From the NCBI GenBank assembly GCA_963662465.1, contig OY759599.1, positions 7,808,001 to 7,872,000 on the forward strand: a stretch of DNA of 64,000 nucleotides, read 5' to 3'. The translations under genes and the position numbers were made by a program. This document shows positions 39,425 through 50,227 of the stretch, piece by piece; the first letter of the stretch is position 1, and every line of letters starts with the position of its first letter. This stretch comes from Desulfatiglandales bacterium (GTDB lineage Bacteria > Desulfobacterota > DSM-4660 > Desulfatiglandales > Desulfatiglandaceae). The notes beneath the pieces were generated by a model that was not told the DNA's origin, made no database searches, and saw only the letters and a list, made by a program, of their open reading frames with translations.

Positions 39425-42082
39425 ATGAAAAAGGGAAAATCTTGGGGACTAACCATTTTGTTGGTAGTGGTAACGGTGTTCTTTGTTGGATGCAGTAGCA
39501 GCAGCGACAACAGCACTCCCTCCCAGGAGCCACAAAGCGCTCAGGATACCTTCAGAAACTACAGCGGAAATCTTCATGACGTTGAATTCAGACAAGCCCT
39601 GCGGAATTCATGGGTCGGAACCTCAGGGACCGGCGAGACCCGGGTTATGGCCCGGAATGATCAGCAGGACAGAATTTCCTTCGGGGGATCCGTGTCGGAC
39701 ACTTTCCTGGATATGGGTAAGCAACTGTGCGAGAAAGTTGTGGGAAAGGGCCTCGTTTACGGCATTGACAGCGCCTTCGGCATTCAAAGCAAATCACAGA
39801 AACAGGCAGACGAGACCAATTTCATAAACAATTCCCTTCTGGGCATCCAACACCAACTCAACGCGATAAGCACTAATTTGACGACCGTCTACCAAAACCA
39901 GACCAAGTCGATGTCCCAGCAAGCCATTAATCAGCTACAGAATATCACGGACCTCGCCAATCTGAGCTCGACGATTTTTGCACTGTCCGGTGTCGAAACC
40001 ACTTTCAACGCCAATTACACCACCTTTATCGAAAATCTTCAGAATACTACCCTCGGCGCGCCGAACTATGATTTGGATTTTCCAAACCTGTGCGGTACGA
40101 GCAGTGACTTCCTTTCCAACAACTACGGCAATCTTGATGAAAACAACAGAACGAACACCATTTTGCAGAACGCCTACGATTTAATGCAAGCGCTGTTCGG
40201 TTCCCCGCAGAACGGGGCCTCACCACAGGATCCAAACGCCGTCGACGCCTTTAACGGCCTTATTACGGACTCGTCTCAATACATGACGGATCTAAAGACC
40301 GCCACAGGCATCAACGTGGTGGCAAACTATTACGCCTACGGGACGCGTCTCGTTCAGGCCGCCTTTGACATAGCAAACATTCTCCAGCAGGCCTATACGG
40401 TATTCGCTTTTACCCTGCAGTTTGCTTCGGAGTGCCCGGCGGTACAAGCCTTCTATTCCGGAAAGGATGGGACTCCAGGCGATATTTATGAGAATATTGA
40501 TATCTCCACAATAGATCAATCCGGAAATCTTCAGCCCGCATTGACTACGCTTGCCACAAATTTTCAAAACCAATATGTTCAAAACGCTATAACCACTTTT
40601 CAACAAATGGCGGCGCCTTTCGGCAATGGAGACGCAACGAAGCTTCTCGCCGACATGGGGGTTTCCCTGTCAACAGATTTTATTACGAGCGGGTGCTTTC
40701 CCCTCACTTTCGTCAGTAACGCAAACGACACTACAAATCTCGACTACCTGACCGCTGAATGCAATTACAATGGCAACTGGACGGTCCTTCAGCTTTATAT
40801 TCCCACCAACAATGGGACTGAGGGGTTGACCAACATACGATACCTTACCGATCCTCAAGATTACGGACTCATCGGGGACATTGAGCCGATCTCAGCATTC
40901 TTTAACCAACCAGATACTATAGCCTCCGCCGGCTCCTGCGATCATCATTACAAAGATATATGTACATGTGGCTTCAGTGACTGCTATGTTGCTCAGAGTT
41001 CCATACAGTTGAATTCGCTTTACGGGGCCGGTGCGATCGATGTCTCTTCTGGCAATATTTATGGTGGGGGGGAGTGTGCGAATGGAGATCAGTGCGGATT
41101 AAATTTTCGCTATATAGATTTGCTTTGGGGCTGTGATCCCGATGACAGTTGTGTTTCGGGTAATAATTACGCTGTTGCAATAACTCCCAATGGGCACGTT
41201 TCTGCAGGGGTCGTCACAGGGACTTTTTGCAGGAATGAGACCGTTCAAACTATGGAGAACACCATTGCCGATTTTGGAATGATGTCATTAACAGAAAAGG
41301 CCAGCCTAAATGGCACCACCCTTACCATTATTGGAGACGGAACAACTATTATTGGTCGCGGACCATCCTCAAATCCAGCGGGTGAAAACGGCAACGATAG
41401 TCCCAACGGCTATGCCGAGTATGGCTTTGGGATGCAGACTCAGAATGCCCCTCAGCCTGACGCGGCGTCATATCCCGTATGCGGGGAAGGCACAAGGATT
41501 TCTCTTGACGCGTTTTATCCTGACGCCAATAACGCCACAGGCAACGTAACAAACGCAACGCAAATCTCCGTGACCCTGGACGACGGCACCGACGCTACGG
41601 GAACATTTTCTTTTGATCCCAACAACGTAACCAGTACACTCACCCTCACCGATAATACTACTGGTGCGGTCTTGTATACCGCGACGAAATATTCCTACAC
41701 GCCTCCCCTGACCTCTTCGGGGAGTCAAGTCGCCCAGGTCGGCACGGATGCCATGCAGGGGCTCTGGGTATATACGGATAAGAAGAATACCCAGGCATAC
41801 GTGAACATCACGTGTGGCAACCCCATAATTTCCGGCACCGTAAGCGTAAGCGGCGATACGGAAAAAGGTATGGCAAATGTGACCATTACGTTAACTCCAT
41901 CCGCTGGAAATACTCAAACCGCAACCACCGATTTCTTCGGACATTATTCTTTTATAGTCGAAGACGGGACCTATACGGTCACCCCGTCTTCAAGCGGGTG
42001 TACCTTCAATCCACCAAGTACATCGGTTACGTTTTCCGGCGTGAATGTTTACAATGTTGACTTCACGGCTACATGTCAATAG
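39425..42082 (+). CDS. 885-aa lipoprotein with C-terminal carboxypeptidase-regulatory-like beta-sandwich
   Basis: Lipobox FVGC; Asn/Thr/Gln-rich; ISGTV..VTITLT..TTDFFGHYSF..GTYTVTP tail. Confidence 0.75.
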   Translation: MKKGKSWGLTILLVVVTVFFVGCSSSSDNSTPSQEPQSAQDTFRNYSGNLHDVEFRQALRNSWVGTSGTGETRVMARNDQQDRISFGGSVSDTFLDMGKQLCEKVVGKGLVYGIDSAFGIQSKSQKQADETNFINNSLLGIQHQLNAISTNLTTVYQNQTKSMSQQAINQLQNITDLANLSSTIFALSGVETTFNANYTTFIENLQNTTLGAPNYDLDFPNLCGTSSDFLSNNYGNLDENNRTNTILQNAYDLMQALFGSPQNGASPQDPNAVDAFNGLITDSSQYMTDLKTATGINVVANYYAYGTRLVQAAFDIANILQQAYTVFAFTLQFASECPAVQAFYSGKDGTPGDIYENIDISTIDQSGNLQPALTTLATNFQNQYVQNAITTFQQMAAPFGNGDATKLLADMGVSLSTDFITSGCFPLTFVSNANDTTNLDYLTAECNYNGNWTVLQLYIPTNNGTEGLTNIRYLTDPQDYGLIGDIEPISAFFNQPDTIASAGSCDHHYKDICTCGFSDCYVAQSSIQLNSLYGAGAIDVSSGNIYGGGECANGDQCGLNFRYIDLLWGCDPDDSCVSGNNYAVAITPNGHVSAGVVTGTFCRNETVQTMENTIADFGMMSLTEKASLNGTTLTIIGDGTTIIGRGPSSNPAGENGNDSPNGYAEYGFGMQTQNAPQPDAASYPVCGEGTRISLDAFYPDANNATGNVTNATQISVTLDDGTDATGTFSFDPNNVTSTLTLTDNTTGAVLYTATKYSYTPPLTSSGSQVAQVGTDAMQGLWVYTDKKNTQAYVNITCGNPIISGTVSVSGDTEKGMANVTITLTPSAGNTQTATTDFFGHYSFIVEDGTYTVTPSSSGCTFNPPSTSVTFSGVNVYNVDFTATCQ

Positions 42083-42163
42083 GCAACAGAACGGATCACG
42101 AGGCTGTCGGCCTTGCATCCGGAGGGACCTGCCCGAGGGTAAGCATTCCTGACTTGGGGCCGA

Positions 42164-42200
42164 TTTGACCAACCGCCCCTTTACGGGGCGGTTGGTCAAA
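42164..42200. terminator. 16-bp perfect inverted repeat after the lipoprotein gene
   Basis: tttgaccaaccgcccc-tttac-ggggcggttggtcaaa. Confidence 0.65.
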
Positions 42201-42420
42201 AATGAGATGAAAATAGGGTACAGGTCAATAGCTTTCGATTAAGCCCAGCCTCAGATTGTAGGATTAATTAAGTTTTACTTTGCCACCTATGAAAACTTGG
42301 TGCCCAGGATAGTGGACTTTAAAAAGCTCCCTGTACAAGACGACAAATTATTGCGCATCCCAATCACCGGCGGGCCTTTTTATGAGGATGTAACGGGGCT
42401 GGCAAAATGAATACCAGCCC

Positions 42421-43437
42421 GTGAAAAACATGTTCCGGACAAATCGGAAAGGTAAGCGGCCATTCGTTCTCATTTTGCAGATCGTGGCGGCGCTTGTTGG
42501 CTTCGCTTCCACTTCATATGCCGATGAGGGCGGCGTACCATTCTGGTTCTCGGGCCAATACGCGAGCCTCGCCGCCGTCCCGACCTCTCCTGGATGGTCG
42601 ATGCCGGTGCAGACCTACTACTACAACGGTAGCGCCTCAGGCGACAAGGAGTTGCGGCGCGGCAAGCAGGAGACGGCCGGGCTGGATACCACTGTTTCGT
42701 TGCTGCTGGCAAATCCGACCTACGCACCCGAGACCAGAATTTGGGGCGGACAACTGGCGTTGGGGTTGGGATTCGGATGGGGCTACAACGGCGTGGACGC
42801 CAGCGTCTCCGTAACAGGATCCATGAACGGATTGTGCCGTAGCGATTCGGTGACCGGCTTTACGGATTTATACCCCATAGCGAGCCTGGCCTGGGCCAAA
42901 GGCAACAACAATTGGATGACCTATGTCACCGGTGACATTCCGACCGGCAATTACAACTCGGACCGACTGGCCTATATTGGCATCGGGCATGGTGCAATTG
43001 ATGCGGGCGGCGGCTACACCTATTTTGATCAGAAGAACGGGCGCGAATTCTCGGCCGTCCTGGGATTCACCTACAACTTCGAGAATAATGATACGAACTA
43101 CCAAAACGGAATCGACGCACATTTGGACTGGGAAGTGTCACAGTTTCTGAACGAACATTGGCAAATCGGGATTGCGGGCTATGTCTATGGCCAGCTATCG
43201 GGCGATTCAGGTCCGAAACCATCCGACGAAGGCCTCAAGTCCGGCATCGCTTCGATCGGTCCGGAAATAGGTTATTCGTTCACAATGAATGGCCGGCCTG
43301 CCTATATCAACCTGCGCGGCTACCGGGAGTTCGCGGCGAAAAACCGCGTTGAGGGCGCCGCAGTGTTTGTCTCGATCTCCATTCCGCTTGGACGCAAGGC
43401 ATCAAAAACCTCGCGATTTTGTGATGTCGTTGACTAA
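42421..43437 (+). CDS. SphA/MetA-pathway-type outer-membrane beta-barrel transporter
   Basis: ADEGGVPFW.SG, GDIPTG.Y...RLA.IG.GH, YNFEN..TNYQNG, IGPEIGY. Confidence 0.8.
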   Translation: MKNMFRTNRKGKRPFVLILQIVAALVGFASTSYADEGGVPFWFSGQYASLAAVPTSPGWSMPVQTYYYNGSASGDKELRRGKQETAGLDTTVSLLLANPTYAPETRIWGGQLALGLGFGWGYNGVDASVSVTGSMNGLCRSDSVTGFTDLYPIASLAWAKGNNNWMTYVTGDIPTGNYNSDRLAYIGIGHGAIDAGGGYTYFDQKNGREFSAVLGFTYNFENNDTNYQNGIDAHLDWEVSQFLNEHWQIGIAGYVYGQLSGDSGPKPSDEGLKSGIASIGPEIGYSFTMNGRPAYINLRGYREFAAKNRVEGAAVFVSISIPLGRKASKTSRFCDVVD

Positions 43438-43496
43438 CGTAAAAAAATGTCGCAGTCATTTTGCAGTGGATGATATAGCTGAAACGATTTCATGAA

Positions 43497-45146
43497 ATGA
43501 TGAAGCAGGATGAAGCCATAACGACCACCCCGTCCGGCGATCCTGTTTCCGAGGTGCGCATGGGTTTCTTATCCAACAAGTGGGTCATTCTCTCTGTCTT
43601 TTGTCTGGTTCAAGTTTCAACAACCATGGACAATACGGCGCTCAGCAACGCCATCTCCGCCATGGTCGCGAGTTTTCACACGTCGGTGGCGGCGCTCCAG
43701 ACAGCCAGTGCCATCTATCCCCTGGTTGCCGGCGCCACCATGGTGGTCTTCGGCATGTTAGGCCTGCTCTGGGGATGGAAACGCCTCCTGCAGCTGGGGT
43801 TGCTCGCTCTGGTTGCAGGGGAAGTGATTGCAGCGGCAAGCCCGGACGTAATCGTTTTCACGTATGTTGCCCGCGTCCTGGCAGGCCTCGGCGCATCCAT
43901 GGCAATCCCGGCTGTCCTTGCCCTCACGGCGAAGCTCTACCAGGGGCGTGAACTGGTCACTGCGTTCGGCGCGTTGGGTGCGGCAAACGGCGTTGCGGCC
44001 GCCGCCGGTCCGATTGGCAGCGGCCTTGTGATCGTGGGGATGGGCTGGAGATGGGCATTCGTGATCCTCGCCGCACTGTTCGTCCTGGGATTTTTGGGTA
44101 CGTTCGGTTTGAAGACTGAGCACGAACGGGCGCCTGCCGTGCGTTTCGACGCCGTGGGCGCCCTTCTCGCGACCATCAGCCTGGTGGCGCTGATATTCGG
44201 ACTTGTCCAGATCAGCAGCTGGGGGATTGCAACCCCCATCCATGCGCCCTTTACCATTTTTGGCCTCTCTCCCTGCATTTATTTGTTGGTGGGAAGCGCG
44301 GTGGTTTTCTGGCTCTTCCTGGCCTGGGAGCGTGACCGTGAGTCCAAGGGGCACAGTGTGTTGATGCCCCAAGCCTTTCTCAAGACCCCGGCCGTACGCG
44401 CCGGCCTCTACATGAACGCGGTGGTATTCTTTGTGCTGGGATCGTTTTCGTTCGTGGTCATCACCTTCCTTCAAATCGTCGTGGGATACGATGCGATCAA
44501 GAGCGGCGCCGTGTTCAGCGTGTATGCGGTCGGCATGGTGATCTTCTCCCTTGCCACACCCATGATCCTGAAGGGCGTAAGCCCTCGGCGGGTCTGCCAG
44601 GCGGGCATTATACTCCTTGCCTTTTCCAGTTACTGGCTGGCCTTCGGCCTGGAAACCTCTGCCACAAACCCGAGCCTGCTGGTGGGACTTTTTCTAGCCG
44701 GAGTGGGCTGCGGGCTCCTTGCCTCCCAGTTCAGTGCGGTGATTGCCGGCGCGGTCCCCCAGTCCCTTGCCGAGCAGTCTGGAGGCGTTCAGGGGACGGC
44801 GAGAAACGTGGGGCAGGCCGTGGGGATTGCCGTCGTGGGGGCCATTCTGATTGCAGGCCTTACACAGTCAATCAAACACCAGACAAACCTGGACAAGGTC
44901 ATCGGGCCCCAGACCCAGGCTCGTGTTGCACTCGTCAAGGAGGCCCGGTTTGTCAGCAACGAGGATGCCCGGCGCTTCCTTGAGGATCTCAAAGTCCCGC
45001 AGCAGCAAGCGGTTCAGCTGATGTATATTAACCAGCGGGCCCGGCTCAGCGCCGCCCGTATGTCGGTTCTGGGGATGGGAGCGCTCTGCCTGCTCTTTCT
45101 CTTTCCCACAACGGGCTTGCCGCATAATAAAGGAGAAAAGTCATGA
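43497..45146 (+). CDS. MFS transporter (DHA2-like)
   Basis: About 14 TMs; ARVLAGLGAS, GP..SG...GWRWAF. Confidence 0.88.
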   Translation: MMKQDEAITTTPSGDPVSEVRMGFLSNKWVILSVFCLVQVSTTMDNTALSNAISAMVASFHTSVAALQTASAIYPLVAGATMVVFGMLGLLWGWKRLLQLGLLALVAGEVIAAASPDVIVFTYVARVLAGLGASMAIPAVLALTAKLYQGRELVTAFGALGAANGVAAAAGPIGSGLVIVGMGWRWAFVILAALFVLGFLGTFGLKTEHERAPAVRFDAVGALLATISLVALIFGLVQISSWGIATPIHAPFTIFGLSPCIYLLVGSAVVFWLFLAWERDRESKGHSVLMPQAFLKTPAVRAGLYMNAVVFFVLGSFSFVVITFLQIVVGYDAIKSGAVFSVYAVGMVIFSLATPMILKGVSPRRVCQAGIILLAFSSYWLAFGLETSATNPSLLVGLFLAGVGCGLLASQFSAVIAGAVPQSLAEQSGGVQGTARNVGQAVGIAVVGAILIAGLTQSIKHQTNLDKVIGPQTQARVALVKEARFVSNEDARRFLEDLKVPQQQAVQLMYINQRARLSAARMSVLGMGALCLLFLFPTTGLPHNKGEKS

Positions 45147-46756
45147 ATGAGAAAACAGATGCCAGGGTACAAATCTTTTCTAACGGAACCATCTATCTGG
45201 ACCCTGTACGAAAAGTGGGGAATATGGTCGTCAAGGACGGAAAGGTTCACGCTCTGGATGTGGATCCGGCCGTGTATAAGGACGCGGACGTCGTTGACCT
45301 GGGAGGTAGTGCGGCATACCCGGGCTTTATGGACAGCCATGTCCACCTGGTAGCCATGGCGGTTGTGGCAGGTAGTGGAATAAGACTGGACGGGACTTCA
45401 AAAGCGGAAGACATCGCCAGGGTTGCCGCCGAGGCATGCGCCAAGCTTCCGGCAGGTATGCCGGCATTGGGGATGGGGTATATGCTGAAAGATTACGATG
45501 CATGGACCCTGGATGACCTGGCAAGGATCGATGAGGCCATAAACGACAGGGCAGTCTTGTTGGCCGATCAAACAGGACACAGTTATATTGCAAACAGCGT
45601 GGCCATGAAGAAGAGCGGCCTCACAGGAGATACTGCTGATCCGCCGGGAGGGAAAATCGTTCGTCAAAACGGTGTGCCCACCGGCATGCTGCGGGAAAAC
45701 GCCGGATACCTGGTGGGAAACAAGGCCATTTTTCCGTTCATTTCGGATGCGATGATTGAAAGCGGCCTCATCAACCTGTTCAATACGTGGGCGTCCATGG
45801 GTTATACCTCCATTCTGGAACTGATGGGGGGGCCGATGGGCAGGATATTCAAACCGGATCTCTGCAAAAAGCTGGAGCGGGAAGGAAGACTGCCGCTTCG
45901 GGTGAATTACGCATTCACGTTCTTTGATGCGAACGAGATTGACGCCCTGGCGGACATGGGAAAGGATACCGAGATGGTCCGCTTTGCGGGTCTCAAGCTC
46001 TTTGTGGATGGAGCGGCCGGTAATGGAGGGGCCTGGACGACGTTTGCCAATACACTTGGCGAAAACGGCCTGTTCGCCGTGTATGATGATGACACCTATG
46101 GTGAAAAATATAATATCAACAGAATCGTACAAAAAGCCGACGAACGGGGATTGGATGTCCATTACCACGTGCAGGGGGATGAAGCCGTCGAGGTGGTACT
46201 GGGGGCCATTGAAGCCGTCCTGGAGAAAAAAGGACGTCTGAACAGTGTTCATACGCTCTACCATCTCGGGTTTGTCACGGACGGGCAGATCGAGCGCATG
46301 AAAAAGTTAGGGGATCACATTGTTGCAGGAGTTCAGCCCGCCATGCACTGGGGTTTCATGAAACAAACCCTCATTGATTTCTACGGGGAACACGGAAGAG
46401 TTTCCTACCCCTACAAGAAGTTCAAGGATGCCGGGATTATCCTGGCGTATTCCAGTGATTACCCTTCAAACAGACTGCCGTTTTGCGGGCCCACCGCAAA
46501 TATGGAGGTCAGTTTGACCGGAGGCGGAGACCCTGTGAGCCATCCGCCGCTGAGCATGGAAGATCTTATTCGGGGTTTTACCACAGGGAGCGGAGCCACG
46601 GTTTGCATGCAGAATACAGGGTTGCTTGACGTAGGCTACAGGGCGGATATGGTTGTATTTGACAAAGACCTCTATTCGATTCCCGTACAGGAGCTGAGCA
46701 AGGATAATCCCAAGGTTCTGTCAACCTGGATCGGCGGTCGCAAGGTGATAGTTTAG
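45143..46756 (+). CDS. Amidohydrolase 3 (YtcJ-like)
   Basis: PGFMDSHVH, DPPGGKI, KLFVDG, HVQGD, SSDYP, G.RADMVV. Confidence 0.88.
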   Translation: MNEKTDARVQIFSNGTIYLDPVRKVGNMVVKDGKVHALDVDPAVYKDADVVDLGGSAAYPGFMDSHVHLVAMAVVAGSGIRLDGTSKAEDIARVAAEACAKLPAGMPALGMGYMLKDYDAWTLDDLARIDEAINDRAVLLADQTGHSYIANSVAMKKSGLTGDTADPPGGKIVRQNGVPTGMLRENAGYLVGNKAIFPFISDAMIESGLINLFNTWASMGYTSILELMGGPMGRIFKPDLCKKLEREGRLPLRVNYAFTFFDANEIDALADMGKDTEMVRFAGLKLFVDGAAGNGGAWTTFANTLGENGLFAVYDDDTYGEKYNINRIVQKADERGLDVHYHVQGDEAVEVVLGAIEAVLEKKGRLNSVHTLYHLGFVTDGQIERMKKLGDHIVAGVQPAMHWGFMKQTLIDFYGEHGRVSYPYKKFKDAGIILAYSSDYPSNRLPFCGPTANMEVSLTGGGDPVSHPPLSMEDLIRGFTTGSGATVCMQNTGLLDVGYRADMVVFDKDLYSIPVQELSKDNPKVLSTWIGGRKVIV

Positions 46757-46805
46757 AAAATCGTTGAATCCCGGGGACGTCCCGCACGGGAAAAGACAAT
46801 GGGAC

Positions 46806-47523
46806 GTTCGTCAGATTATAAGTTACGTTTTGGTTTTTCATTTTTCATTTGTATAGAGTGTCATCATGCCAAGAAAAGTCCGCATAGATGCCCCAGGAGT
46901 GCTACACCACGTTATTGCCAGGGGGATAGGCCGTCGAAAAGGTTTGATGATGATGACGACCGAGATTTTTTTATTGAACGGTTGGGGAAAATTGTTTCTG
47001 GTACGGAAACACAATGTTTTGCGTGGGCGCTGATGCCCAATCATTTCCATTTGCTTTTGAAAACCGGCATTATCCCTATCTCTACGGTGATGAAACGCCT
47101 CTTAACCGGTTACGCCATGCACTATAACCGAAGACACAAGCGGTATGGCCATCTGTTTCAAAACCGATACAAGTCAATCCTCTGTCAGGAAGATTCATAT
47201 CTATTGGAACTGATGCGCTATGTGCATTTGAACCCGTTTCGGGCAAAATTGGTATCTGATCTAAAGGAGTTGGGCGATCATCTTTACAGCGGGCGTAACG
47301 TTCTTATGGGGAGGGTAACCGCGGAGTGGCGGAACAGGACAATCCTCGGGTTGTTTGGCGACAAGGTGTCCGTTGGGCAGCGGCGGTACTTGGAATTTGT
47401 GAAAAAGGGGTTAAGCCGGAAACTGGGGATTTCCCAAGCAGCGGTAAGCCTTTCGGTAGGTAGAGGACGTCGGATTGCATTAGAAAATCACTATGAGATT
47501 GGGAACTTATAAACTGACGAACC
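46806..47523 (+). mobile_element. RAYT (Y1 HUH transposase) unit bounded by inverted repeats; gene 46866-47512 frameshifted and shortened
   Basis: MPRKVRIDAPGVLHHVIARG then frame change; LMPNHFHLL, GHLFQNRYKS, RYVHLNP; IR gttcgtcagattataagtt / aacttataaactgacgaac. Confidence 0.75.
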
Positions 47524-47569
47524 CCCTGGTTTCCCGTATGTGTCAAACGCCTCTGTTGTCATGAAGCAT

Positions 47570-47998
47570 TTATTGTTTTTTTAGGAATTCCAGAAACTGC
47601 CGGACAGTGAAGATGGGGATCTGTTTGTATTCACCCAGATCAAGAAGATGTCGGTCACCACTGACGATGAGGTCTGCTTTTGCATCCAGGGCAGCTGCAA
47701 GGAACATCTCATCGGTGGGGTCTTTGGGAATGGCCCCTGCGACAACCGATAAGCCAGGTACAACGATGGCATCTTTTTCTAACAATAATATAAGTCTTTC
47801 AATCAGGTCGTCGGAAAGGCCATATTTCTCCCGAATGTGAGAGGTTTCAACGACCCTCTTAATCTCGGAGATGATTGACCGGGATGTAATAAGAAGATAT
47901 TGGCCGGCCTGCCAGTTATCGATAACCATGGCAGGACTGCCGGCTTTTGATAGAAGACTACTTACGAAGATGTTGGTATCAAGAACTACCTTCAGCAT
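47570..47998 (-). CDS. PIN-family toxin
   Basis: VVLDTNIFVS, DPTDEMFL, IVSGDRHLL. Confidence 0.9.
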   Translation of the reverse strand: MLKVVLDTNIFVSSLLSKAGSPAMVIDNWQAGQYLLITSRSIISEIKRVVETSHIREKYGLSDDLIERLILLLEKDAIVVPGLSVVAGAIPKDPTDEMFLAAALDAKADLIVSGDRHLLDLGEYKQIPIFTVRQFLEFLKKQ

Positions 47999-48266
47999 GG
48001 GCGCTCCTCAACGCATCGATGGCCTGAATCACGTCCTTTTCAATCTCCTCGGGGGATACATCGGGAAGGTGCGACCGGATCTGATCGAGCACTTCGAAAC
48101 GGGTGCGGCGCTCTGCAACCAGCCGCTCATAAGTGTCAACCGGAATCAGAGCAGCCATAGGGCGGCCGGAGCGCTCCACGATAACTTCTTCGCCCCCATA
48201 ACGGATGCTTCCCATAATGTCGGCAAATCTGTTTCGGGCCTCCCGGGCACTGACGTGTATGGCCAT
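47979..48266 (-). CDS. Phd/YefM-family antitoxin
   Basis: VSAREARNRFA..VIVERSGRPMAALIP; AGGAGG RBS; overlaps the PIN gene. Confidence 0.9.
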   Translation of the reverse strand: MAIHVSAREARNRFADIMGSIRYGGEEVIVERSGRPMAALIPVDTYERLVAERRTRFEVLDQIRSHLPDVSPEEIEKDVIQAIDALRSAHAEGSS

Positions 48267-48387
48267 GGTAAATACCTCCTTGATAGGGTTACGAAAGAGA
48301 CTAAGTCATTTTGCATGTTTTGTCAACTGTGTACGCAATAGCCAAACCCGCTTCTCTCTGAGATCCCTGCGAACTCTGTGAGAGATA

Positions 48388-48622
48388 CCTTGAAAGCTAC
48401 GCCCTGGATGCCATCGACTGGCATGACCAGGACAAAGAACATAAGGCACTCAAAAGCGAAGTTACCAAATTCCAGAAAAAAGCCTCGAGGCTGACGCTGA
48501 AGGCTGGCCGTCCGTGGGTCTTGGCACCGACTTCCGGCTGGAATCCAGGAAGGTGACGGGCTTTGCACTGGCCCTTGATGATCAGCTGAATCACGTCTCT
48601 ATTTTTGCCCGGACAAATGGTC
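48388..48622 (+). pseudogene. Frameshifted C-terminal fragment, tentatively DUF6569/ARPP-1-like
   Basis: LESYALDAID and SVGLGTDFRLESRKVTGFALALDDQ read in different frames. Confidence 0.4.
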
Positions 48623-48705
48623 AGGATAGAGATGCTGCTGATTCAAAAATTGAGAGATTTTCAAGAAGGAGACGGAATCGAAGAGCATAGAGAAAACGGT
48701 TGGGG

Positions 48706-48945
48706 AAAATTGGTATCTGATATAAAGGAGTTGGGTGATCATCCTTACAGCGGGCGTAGCGTACTTATGGGGAGGGTAACCGCGGAGTGGCGGAACACGA
48801 CAATCCTCGGGTTGTTTGGCGATAAGGTGTCCGTTGCGCGGCGGCGGTACTTGGGATTTCCCAAGCAGCGGTAAGTCTTTCGGTAAGCAGAGGACATCGG
48901 ATTGTATTAGAAAATCACTATGAGATTGAGAACTTATAAACTGAC
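48706..48945 (+). repeat. Second, partial copy of the RAYT 3' end
   Basis: Matches 47245-47518 with substitutions and a deletion of about 33 bp. Confidence 0.88.
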
Positions 48946-48948
48946 CCG

Positions 48949-48993
48949 CTCAAAAACACTTGACTCTCAAGTGCGTTCATGTAAAAGGAAATT
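48949..48993 (+). repeat. ~46-bp dispersed repeat, copy 2, with palindrome CACTTGA-ctc-TCAAGTG
   Basis: Near-identical to 11214-11259. Confidence 0.85.
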
Positions 48994-49046
48994 TTTCCAT
49001 GCGCATTTTATCAAAACGGCTGTATCGCCAAACGGAGTAATGAAGA

Positions 49047-50210
49047 GTGCAATTATCAGAAGAAGAAGTCGGGCTTAGGCGGGCCTGGATATCGGAACTG
49101 TACCTTGAGCATGAAGCCATCAGCTGGCAGTACCGGGTCGATCTCCGGAAGCCTTTTATTGAAATTACGAACTCGAAAAGTGAGTGGGGAGCCTGGCATG
49201 TGGGTGCCAGGATAATGAAAATCTCCGGTGTTCTCATCATGGAGCATTCGTGGGATATCACCCTCAATGTGTTCAAGCATGAGATGGCTCACCAGATCGT
49301 TTCGGAGGTCTTTCACAGTAGTGATGGACACGGTCCCTATTTTGACAGGGCCTGTGACATGATCGGCGTGCCGGAGGCGTTCCGGAGCGCAAGTGGGGAC
49401 CTGCCCCGTAAGATTGTTGATTTCAGGGATGAACCGATCGAATCGGAAAACATGAGGATGCTGGAGAAGGTGCGGAAACTTTTATCCCTGGGTCAGTCGG
49501 CCAATGAAAACGAAGCGTTTCTTGCCATGACAAAGGCCAATGAGCTGATTGAGAAGTATAACATCGACCGCATTGAGCGGGATCGCGCCGCCGGATTTGC
49601 CTATGCCGTCATCAATCATAAAAAGAAACGGATGGAAAACTACCAGCGACGGATCGGGCATATCCTTCACGAACATTTTTTTGTCGATATTGTATACTCC
49701 CACCAGTTCGACCCCGGGGATTGCCAGACTTACAGGACCATTGAGCTGCTGGGGACCGTCGAGAATGTCCGCATTGCGGAATATGTCTACTATTTCATGC
49801 TGAACCAGATGGAGATCCTCTGGAAGGCCCATCAGCGAAAGCGAGTGGGGAAGGGCGCCCGGAATAAGCGATCATATCGGCTGGGCGTGATTAAAGGCTT
49901 CCATGAGAAATTGGATCATCAAGCGAAGGAGCGGATGAAGCAGCGTGCGGGAGGGCCAATGGTCCGACGGGGTTTTGATAATGACGGGCACCAGACCATG
50001 AGCGCCCTGATCTGTTCGGAAGACAAGGCATTGAAGTCATTTGTAAACATGCGTTTCCCCCGATTGTCCGGCTACAGGAGTCAGCGGGCGAAGATCGACC
50101 CCGACATGTATCAGGCCGGGGTTCAGGACGGGAAGGACCTCAATCTCCACAAAGGTATTGAACGTCGGGATGGGAACAGGGGCCGATTGCTGCCCGGCGG
50201 GTGCGGATAA
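49047..50210 (+). CDS. SprT-like metalloprotease plus DUF2786 domain protein
   Basis: KHEMAHQ..HGPYF (HExxH); KVRKLLSLGQSANENEA..A..LIEKYNI. Confidence 0.82.
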   Translation: MQLSEEEVGLRRAWISELYLEHEAISWQYRVDLRKPFIEITNSKSEWGAWHVGARIMKISGVLIMEHSWDITLNVFKHEMAHQIVSEVFHSSDGHGPYFDRACDMIGVPEAFRSASGDLPRKIVDFRDEPIESENMRMLEKVRKLLSLGQSANENEAFLAMTKANELIEKYNIDRIERDRAAGFAYAVINHKKKRMENYQRRIGHILHEHFFVDIVYSHQFDPGDCQTYRTIELLGTVENVRIAEYVYYFMLNQMEILWKAHQRKRVGKGARNKRSYRLGVIKGFHEKLDHQAKERMKQRAGGPMVRRGFDNDGHQTMSALICSEDKALKSFVNMRFPRLSGYRSQRAKIDPDMYQAGVQDGKDLNLHKGIERRDGNRGRLLPGGCG

Positions 50211-50227
50211 AGATTCCGCCAAAGGAT

